The notes under the pieces: model-generated
Database searches by the model: none
Seen by the model: only the letters and a program-made list of their open reading frames with translations
What the model was told of the DNA's origin: nothing
Shown here: piece after piece, positions 57,584 to 64,000 of the stretch
Layout of the letters: every line of letters begins with the position of its first letter
Position numbering within the stretch: the first letter of the stretch is position 1
Position numbers and translations under genes: made by a program
Virus record (IMG/VR): IMGVR_UViG_3300031963_000055
Strand: one strand, 5' to 3'
Origin: an uncultured virus (IMG/VR IMGVR_UViG_3300031963_000055)
Lineage: Duplodnaviria; Heunggongvirae; Uroviricota; Caudoviricetes
DNA length: 64,000 nucleotides

Positions 57584-58171
57584 TTATTTCTTTCTTTTCT
57601 TAGGTGTCCAACCAAATATTCTATATTTAAATCCAATAATAGGTTGTTTATTAAATGGATCATACCCTAACATATAGGTACTTTTATCAATTGATACTTC
57701 AGCTACTGGGGCAAACATTCTAGGACTTACTACAATACCTCCATGTATTTCATATTTATAAGGTCTATAAACTAAACTATCTATTTTAACTACTGTACAA
57801 TCTTTAATCATTAAAGGTACTTTTAACTTAACGTTTAAAAGCATACCTTTTAATTCACCTTGAACCGTTACATTGGAATAAATATCATACTCTTTTTTTT
57901 TAAAAGTATCTGTGTAACTTAATAATCTATTACAGTCTACATTTGGAGATAAAGGTTCTTTCCAAAAAGTGTCTACCCTTGATTTACTTGGATACCATCT
58001 ATCAGAATAGATTGTATCTTTTGGAAAAATAGTATCTCTATAGTGCCATTCATGCTGAATAATAGTTTCTGGTTTAGGAGTAACGGAACAAGATTTACCT
58101 ACAAAGAATATTATAATCATTGCAAATACTGCTAATATAAATTCTAAAACACTTTTCATATTATTCTCCAC
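57584..58171 (-). CDS. Membrane-anchored protein, possible spanin/lysis accessory
   Basis: N-terminal TM ending VGKSC, DT repeats, beta-rich C-terminus; adjacent to holin and lysin candidates. Confidence 0.5.
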   Translation of the reverse strand: MENNMKSVLEFILAVFAMIIIFFVGKSCSVTPKPETIIQHEWHYRDTIFPKDTIYSDRWYPSKSRVDTFWKEPLSPNVDCNRLLSYTDTFKKKEYDIYSNVTVQGELKGMLLNVKLKVPLMIKDCTVVKIDSLVYRPYKYEIHGGIVVSPRMFAPVAEVSIDKSTYMLGYDPFNKQPIIGFKYRIFGWTPKKRKK

Positions 58172-58358
58172 CTTTTAATTTTAAAGTAGATTTATAACCA
58201 CCAGCTGCAATGAATGCAGATAATACTAATTTAGGCCATTCTTTCTTAATATCAAATGTACTAAAATCAATGGTCATCCATGCTGATGCAATAGCCATTG
58301 CTACTCCCATAAATGTTGCTCCGTGGTCTGAAAACCAATCTAATCTTTTCTTTGTCAT
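58161..58358 (-). CDS. Putative holin
   Basis: 65 aa, two hydrophobic segments, charged termini. Confidence 0.55.
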   Translation of the reverse strand: MTKKRLDWFSDHGATFMGVAMAIASAWMTIDFSTFDIKKEWPKLVLSAFIAAGGYKSTLKLKGGE

Positions 58359-58361
58359 AAT

Positions 58362-58910
58362 TTATAAAGGTTCTTTAAGTAACGTATAACTAAAATCTTT
58401 TAATCCAGATGCTTTACATCTTTCTATTAAATAATTAAAATCTTTAGGATTGTTTAATACTTGACAACCTGCTGACCATTTATCTATAATACTAGATATA
58501 ACTGAGGGATTGGCTCTATGAATATTAATACCAAATAATCCAGTATCTACAGCAGCAGTTTCCTCAGCAAAGTTATCTTTATCTGAATCTCTGTAAACAG
58601 TAACTGGTTTACGTTGACATAATGCTAAGTATTTACCTTGATGAAGATCTAACTTCCAAGTATCTAAATATTGATTAGGTTTAAGTAATGCTGCACCTTT
58701 AGGATTTAACAAGTTTTTTAACCAATGTAATCCTGGATTAGTAGTTCCTGTAAACCAAGTAATTCTATCTGCTTCAAATAATCCTATTAAGTCATCAAAC
58801 TTATTAGGGGCATCAGCTTTAGATCTAATTCCTATAATGTGAAAAGGTAACCATTTGTAACCTAATCTATTGAACTCTGTTTTAAGTTCTTGTGTTGTAA
58901 GTTGTTTCAT
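58362..58910 (-). CDS. Putative endolysin with L,D-transpeptidase (YkuD)-like catalytic motif
   Basis: GINIH-x13-SAGCQV His/Cys motif; next to holin candidate. Confidence 0.65.
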   Translation of the reverse strand: MKQLTTQELKTEFNRLGYKWLPFHIIGIRSKADAPNKFDDLIGLFEADRITWFTGTTNPGLHWLKNLLNPKGAALLKPNQYLDTWKLDLHQGKYLALCQRKPVTVYRDSDKDNFAEETAAVDTGLFGINIHRANPSVISSIIDKWSAGCQVLNNPKDFNYLIERCKASGLKDFSYTLLKEPL

Positions 58911-59251
58911 TAATCAAATTTTTTAGCTAAATACGCTTTCATTATAATATACGCTGAAAATCCATCAAATGAATAAATACCTTTATCTCTTAAAGCATTA
59001 AAATCATTTAATGAACCTTTCCAATAATCATATTCACCAATACCATCTAAGTTAACATCATTACTTAATGTAATTAATATTACATCTTTAGTTAAAATAT
59101 TAGTACCAATAAATTCATTGGTATCTTTATTATAATAATTTAAATTACAATCTAACAAAATAGTTTTATTAAGCTTATTATCAACAAATTTAATAAATTC
59201 TATCTCTCTTTTAAGTCCAGTTTTAGGACAAATATCTTCTTTAATTATCAT
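58910..59251 (-). CDS. Hypothetical protein
   Basis: ORF track; coupled by TAATG. Confidence 0.65.
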   Translation of the reverse strand: MIIKEDICPKTGLKREIEFIKFVDNKLNKTILLDCNLNYYNKDTNEFIGTNILTKDVILITLSNDVNLDGIGEYDYWKGSLNDFNALRDKGIYSFDGFSAYIIMKAYLAKKFD

Positions 59252-60723
59252 TACTCGTGATATAAGTTAGGTGAAATTACAAACTGTAATACTTGTGAAG
59301 CTGTTGCCGCACCTGATAATATCTTACCCATCACACCAACAAATTCACCTGGATTAACAATAATAGGCGCTTCAAAATCAAATTGTACAGATGTACCTTG
59401 TTGACCTACAACAGCGGATACAGGAATACTAACAACACCAATAGGTTGTGGTCTTCTAATTTTAGTTGTATTATTAACAAAAGAACCTGCCTCAGTAGTT
59501 GCTAAAGAAGCTGCTGTTGAACCCCATGCTAACGCCAACGCAATAGTTGTAGGTACAGTTGCAGAGTTAGCTGCACCGGCATTTACTATATCAACTCTAA
59601 TACCTCTAATGTGCATTACTCTACCAGTTTGATTGACACCTCCTAATGGATTTTGATAACTAGATATAATAACATCAGTTGCAGATGTAGCAGCAGCATT
59701 CATTTGAAATATACCACCTAAGAAAGCTCCTAGTGCAGCAGTAGTATTAGTTGCAGCAGCAGCAGTTGGTAAAGTTGTATTAGCCCATTGTATTTGTTGC
59801 GCTCCATTTGTAAATGTACCACCATCTAATGTTTGTAATCCTAATCCTGAACTAGCTAATTGACCAGCCCATGTTTTATTAGTTGCAATATCCATTAAAG
59901 TTACAGTAACATCTCCAACTTTAAATATCATATTTGGAGATGAACCAACTGTACCAGAATTATATTTTTGTATAAATACTGGTAAAGATGTAGATAAAAA
60001 AGCTTGTCCTTGACCAACAGGTATCATTTGCTCCCCATATAATACATCATCAATCCAATATTCTATTTCTCGTTCTCCTACAACTATACTATATTTTGTA
60101 TTTGTATTTAAAGGAAAATTAGTTATAGTTGTTTCTAATGCTTGTTTAGTGGTAGTTCCAGAGTTATATCTAATACATCCATATAAGCCAGCACTTGTAA
60201 ATTCAAACCATACACCATCCACAGGTTCAGCAGCTCCAGTAGCTACACCTAATCCTGCTTGGAAAACTTCATTAGCAGTTGGATAAGCTGTAAACGCCCC
60301 TGTAATTTCAGCGCAAACTGGCGCAGTTCCTATTAATGGAAAATACCTCCATGTTTGTAAATACGCAAAGTTACCTGAAACTGTTGATGTACCAGCAGCA
60401 TTTACATTTAAGAAACCTGCTGATTGTGTCATTGTCATAGTAGTAAATGAATGCTTCCATACACCTGTATTTTGAGTAGTAGCGTTAAATGTAGCACTAA
60501 ACAAAACTGTATCCATACCTACACGACTTCTAAAATCTTGTGATACTTCTTGAGATTTTAGATAAGCTTCACCTGTTTTAGAACCAGGGTCATTCTCACT
60601 AAAAGCTCTTACGGCACCTACATTACCTGGATTTGTAGCTACATCTGTTTCTGTTACTACTTTAGCAGCATTAAAACTATTTACTTCTTGTTCATAAGTT
60701 GAACCTTTAACTCTTATACTCAT
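59251..60723 (-). CDS. Putative tail fibre/spike or other beta-rich virion protein
   Basis: Thr/Ala/Gly-rich, beta-strand pattern. Confidence 0.55.
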   Translation of the reverse strand: MSIRVKGSTYEQEVNSFNAAKVVTETDVATNPGNVGAVRAFSENDPGSKTGEAYLKSQEVSQDFRSRVGMDTVLFSATFNATTQNTGVWKHSFTTMTMTQSAGFLNVNAAGTSTVSGNFAYLQTWRYFPLIGTAPVCAEITGAFTAYPTANEVFQAGLGVATGAAEPVDGVWFEFTSAGLYGCIRYNSGTTTKQALETTITNFPLNTNTKYSIVVGEREIEYWIDDVLYGEQMIPVGQGQAFLSTSLPVFIQKYNSGTVGSSPNMIFKVGDVTVTLMDIATNKTWAGQLASSGLGLQTLDGGTFTNGAQQIQWANTTLPTAAAATNTTAALGAFLGGIFQMNAAATSATDVIISSYQNPLGGVNQTGRVMHIRGIRVDIVNAGAANSATVPTTIALALAWGSTAASLATTEAGSFVNNTTKIRRPQPIGVVSIPVSAVVGQQGTSVQFDFEAPIIVNPGEFVGVMGKILSGAATASQVLQFVISPNLYHE

Positions 60724-61319
60724 TATATTATTTCTTTATAAGTTATTTTATATCTTCCCCAAGTTAAATTATGTGCTACTGCAATAATATCAAAACTTGT
60801 ATTTGGTGTTATGTTATAAACAGAGGCTATTATGTTTTCTAAATAAACATCTTCATCTGTATGATCAACTCCATCATTTTCTACAAAGCATTGAATCTTA
60901 GTAGTCGCTGTAATCCATGGAGCTAATACTGTTGTAATTACTAAATCATTTTCAGATAGTACTCCATCATTACCAAAATCTATATTTACACTTCCTGAAT
61001 GTAAAGCTGCTACTTCTTGTATTACTACTAATTCTGCATCAGTTACATAGTTTCTATCAGTACTAGGAGCTATATCAGCTGTTGTAGCATCAGCTCCTGC
61101 GGTAACTAAACCTTTACTATCATAAGTAATTTTAGTTTTAGTTGCTCCTGTAATAGGGGTATTTTCATCTACTTTAGCATCTAAGGCATTTTGTAAATCT
61201 GTTTGATTAGCTAAAAAACCTGTAATAGTACCCCATATAGAAGAACCACCACCACCTCCTCCACCTTCTTTTGTGGTAGAAGTAAAGATTTTAAATTTTT
61301 TAAATAAATTGTTACTCAT
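60723..61319 (-). CDS. Tail-fibre-like protein
   Basis: Gly linker, WGTITG..NQTDLQNAL and KITYDSKGLVTAG fibre-type repeats. Confidence 0.6.
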   Translation of the reverse strand: MSNNLFKKFKIFTSTTKEGGGGGGGSSIWGTITGFLANQTDLQNALDAKVDENTPITGATKTKITYDSKGLVTAGADATTADIAPSTDRNYVTDAELVVIQEVAALHSGSVNIDFGNDGVLSENDLVITTVLAPWITATTKIQCFVENDGVDHTDEDVYLENIIASVYNITPNTSFDIIAVAHNLTWGRYKITYKEII

Positions 61320-61516
61320 TATTTCTTAATTTTAGTTTCTAACCATTCTTTTCTCCATTTCCAAATAGTGTATGCCACAGTAATAGCGATACCTAATATT
61401 CCAAATATATCTTTATATTGTGATAAAGTATAACTTCCAATAGTCATAAGTGGTACATCTATTAAATCCAATAGCCTATTTAATTTGTGATGAATAATAT
61501 CTAGATAATGTTTCAT
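61319..61516 (-). CDS. Small membrane protein, holin-like
   Basis: TM segment followed by basic tail. Confidence 0.5.
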   Translation of the reverse strand: MKHYLDIIHHKLNRLLDLIDVPLMTIGSYTLSQYKDIFGILGIAITVAYTIWKWRKEWLETKIKK

Positions 61517-61637
61517 TGTTCAGTTTTAACAATTTGTACCATAAAGTTTAATATTTTCTTAATTTTTTAATTTCAATCACTTGCTTAGTTTTTTTTAATT
61601 CAGTTAGTTCTATTTTTTTAATTACTTTTTCCATAAA

Positions 61638-62000
61638 TTATACATTCATATCTATTGCTCTAATACAATGATTTGGTTTTTTATCTATTTTTTCTAAAAA
61701 ATTATACCAAAACATACCATTACTAAATCCTTTTTTAGTCAGGGTTGAAGTTAAGAAATTTTTTCCAATTACGCTACTCATAGTTTCTTTTGGATTACCA
61801 AATTTATAACCATCTTTAGTAATCAGTAATTTATTAGCAATTGGAGCTAGTAAAACATTTAGATACCTATCTTTAGCTAAAGCTAAATCTCTATTGTATT
61901 TATTATCATCTTTAATTGTAATAAGGCTATAAAACCAAGCCCATCGCCTTAGTACCCATATAGCTAGTGTAGCAATTATGTTAAGTAAAAAGCCTATCAT
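61638..62000 (-). CDS. Hypothetical phage protein
   Basis: D...N...FGNPKETMSSVIGK...HC motif. Confidence 0.65.
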   Translation of the reverse strand: MIGFLLNIIATLAIWVLRRWAWFYSLITIKDDNKYNRDLALAKDRYLNVLLAPIANKLLITKDGYKFGNPKETMSSVIGKNFLTSTLTKKGFSNGMFWYNFLEKIDKKPNHCIRAIDMNV

Positions 62001-62010
62001 TATAATCTAA

Positions 62011-62409
62011 TTATAAAATTATTTTTTCTCTAGTATCTCTTCTTAAAGGATAATTATTTGCTGCATTTAAAGAAAGTATTAATATATTTTCTAAAGTTTC
62101 TCTAGCTGGATTAATAATACCTGTGTAACCTAATGAATTAATAAATCCTGTTAATACAGCAAGTGGCTCTTGTTTCCATCCTTCAACATCATTAATAGTT
62201 TCAGGTAAATCTTGTAAAGTGTACCATTTTAATTCACTTTTAATTACATTACCGTTTGGATATAATTCACGCTCATGATATTTTACTTTACAAAATAAAA
62301 CTTCATCAGTTTCTGAAATTTCAGTATCTAAACCTGCAAATTTTCTTTGAACTGTCACACCATTTCTCAATTCAGTAAGTGTTATCCATTCATTATTTAT
62401 TGTTGTCAT
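62011..62409 (-). CDS. Hypothetical protein
   Basis: ORF track. Confidence 0.65.
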   Translation of the reverse strand: MTTINNEWITLTELRNGVTVQRKFAGLDTEISETDEVLFCKVKYHERELYPNGNVIKSELKWYTLQDLPETINDVEGWKQEPLAVLTGFINSLGYTGIINPARETLENILILSLNAANNYPLRRDTREKIIL

Positions 62410-62422
62410 TTTATATATATAT

Positions 62423-63514
62423 TTATTGTATTAACCACCAAGAACCTTGACCTATTTCCCAATTAATTGTATTATTTAAAACACCAAATGAAGACTTAAT
62501 TGTTTGACCGCCACTACTATCAATCCAAGTCCCATTTGTATTTTGTACGTTTTGAGTTGCCGCAGGGTTTAAATTAAAATAAGCGTGTGCAGTTGTTGAA
62601 CTTACTACTGTAATTAAACTTCCAGATGCTCCTGTTAACGTTAATGAATTATTAATAGTATATGTTATTCCGTTCTTTAAAGTAATAGTTCTTCCTGCCG
62701 TTACACTTGATAAATTTGAAGTAGTAAATCCTGCTGTTCCTGAAAAAATAACATTTCCCACACTCGCTAAATTTAATGTGGTACAAGTCAATAAACTATT
62801 AACTATAACTGTACCTGTTGTAATTGTTACTATATTCCAATTAATACCATTTGTATCGAGAGTAGTTGATGCCCCGATTGAAAGTGTAGAGCTAGTTGTT
62901 ATAACGGTACCAGCTATATATGTTAATGTTCCTGTGTTAAATTGTAAAGTACCACTTATTGTTATTGTACCAACTGTGTTAATAGTTAATGAATTTTTAA
63001 ACCCACTTGAAGTCCAAGTGCCAGTTCCAATAAGTTCAAAAACAGTAGTCCCTCCATTTGTGTTATTCGCTAAAGAACCCCCGATTAACATTTTATTTCC
63101 GTTAAAAGTTGCAATGTTTGTAAGAAAAGAAACAGATCCTGATATAGTTAAATTATCAGCAAGTGTTACAATTTGACTACCTGCTGTCATATTAAAATCT
63201 ACAGAATTAGGAAATGTTTTACCATTTGATGTTATTGTAGAGGTTGCTCCTATTGTTAATTTACTAGTTCCTGAAATAGTCATAGCTGCAACAAATGTTA
63301 TACTACCATTTACAACAAGAACACCATTCATAGTCAATGTGTTTACGTAATTTGTAAAATCAATACCTGCAATTGTAAACGTTGTATTAACTGTTAATTG
63401 GCCACTTGTTGCAGTAAATGCAATAGTATCCGTAGACAAAGGGACTATTCCCCCTACATACGTTGCGCCTGCATTTATATTACCTCCTCCATTAGCTACT
63501 GTAAAAACTGCCAT
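62423..63514 (-). CDS. Beta-helix-like Thr/Gly-rich protein (fibre/adhesin-like)
   Basis: Repeats LTIGATSTITSNG / LSIGASTTLDTNG. Confidence 0.6.
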   Translation of the reverse strand: MAVFTVANGGGNINAGATYVGGIVPLSTDTIAFTATSGQLTVNTTFTIAGIDFTNYVNTLTMNGVLVVNGSITFVAAMTISGTSKLTIGATSTITSNGKTFPNSVDFNMTAGSQIVTLADNLTISGSVSFLTNIATFNGNKMLIGGSLANNTNGGTTVFELIGTGTWTSSGFKNSLTINTVGTITISGTLQFNTGTLTYIAGTVITTSSTLSIGASTTLDTNGINWNIVTITTGTVIVNSLLTCTTLNLASVGNVIFSGTAGFTTSNLSSVTAGRTITLKNGITYTINNSLTLTGASGSLITVVSSTTAHAYFNLNPAATQNVQNTNGTWIDSSGGQTIKSSFGVLNNTINWEIGQGSWWLIQ

Positions 63515-63520
63515 AACTTA

Positions 63521-64000
63521 CTATATTGAATATGAATAAACCCAACAATTATAAATTCCTGTAGAAGCATTGTATCTAAAACCTACTGCTAAATTTTTAC
63601 CTATAATTGTAGTAGTCGGTAACGATGCAAAAAAACTTGAAAATTTTGAACCCCATGTTATTGTTCGTGCCACACCATTATCTTTAATGTTTATAATTAA
63701 AGATTTAAAGTTTCCGTTAACTCCACTTAATCCAGAAGTCATTGAAGTTATATTAGTAGCTAATGCCGTAATATTTACAATATCATAAAGACTTACATCT
63801 ATTGTTGGGGTTGCAGAAGAAGTAATTGTTAAAACTCTTGGGTCTATTTTAGCATAAGTAGATAAATCAGGAGCTACTCCTGCTGCTGAATCTGTTACTA
63901 AGATATAACCAATTAACGCTGTATTAGCAGGTTGTGTTGGTAATGCAGCATATTCACTCTCAGTACCTTCTACTTTTACAATAGTATTTGAAGTATTACC
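63521..64000 (-). CDS. Tail-fibre-like protein, 5'-truncated by window edge
   Basis: Frame stays open from 64000 to the stop at 63521; TITSSATPTID...IKDNGVARTITW...LPTTT motif. Confidence 0.7.
   Translation of the reverse strand, partial: GNTSNTIVKVEGTESEYAALPTQPANTALIGYILVTDSAAGVAPDLSTYAKIDPRVLTITSSATPTIDVSLYDIVNITALATNITSMTSGLSGVNGNFKSLIINIKDNGVARTITWGSKFSSFFASLPTTTIIGKNLAVGFRYNASTGIYNCWVYSYSI

Noticed and set aside
61243..61266. C-rich tract as a second composition island
   Set aside because: Simply encodes a poly-Gly linker in a fibre-like protein
33594..63788. Plus-strand ORFs 33594, 42766, 44301, 47645, 62778, 63570 and alternate-frame minus ORF 54018
   Set aside because: Nested in long virion genes; composition typical of shadow frames
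1..64000. Stop-codon reassignment as in some crAss-like phages
   Set aside because: Standard code gives dense, long ORFs; TAG and TGA end genes at sensible places; the two split genes are explained by introns; no suppressor tRNA seen
1..64000. CRISPR array or complete diversity-generating retroelement
   Set aside because: No regularly spaced repeats, no reverse transcriptase and no TR/VR pair recognised

Overview
AT-rich segment of a crAss-like (Crassvirales-type) bacteriophage genome. The host is probably Bacteroidota, judged from A-rich leaders lacking Shine-Dalgarno motifs and TTTG-N20-22-TAnnTTT(G/A) promoter-like motifs. Positions 1-31.3 kb (+ strand) hold early/accessory and replication genes: family A DNA polymerase, MoxR-like AAA+/vWA pair, nucleotidyltransferase, Prim-Pol, SF2 helicase, DnaB and an AAA ATPase each split by a group I intron carrying a homing endonuclease, SSB-like protein, TOPRIM primase, nucleases, sigma-like factor, phosphoesterases and RNA ligase. 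Positions 31.4-64 kb (- strand) hold virion genes: a 3730-aa virion RNA polymerase and other cargo proteins, then tail, lysis and fibre genes. A bidirectional terminator separates the two arms. The most unusual signals are: two tRNA-shaped RNAs with no anticodon loop; several multi-branched intergenic RNAs, including a twice-repeated three-way-junction motif; shuffled small proteins sharing a C-terminal DY(S/T)YL-type tail next to the MoxR/vWA genes; a G-rich, A-depleted island in one of them; an integron-cassette-like inverted repeat at the left edge; and terminal cysteines on consecutive cargo proteins. All assignments come from reading motifs by eye; no searches or folding programs were run.
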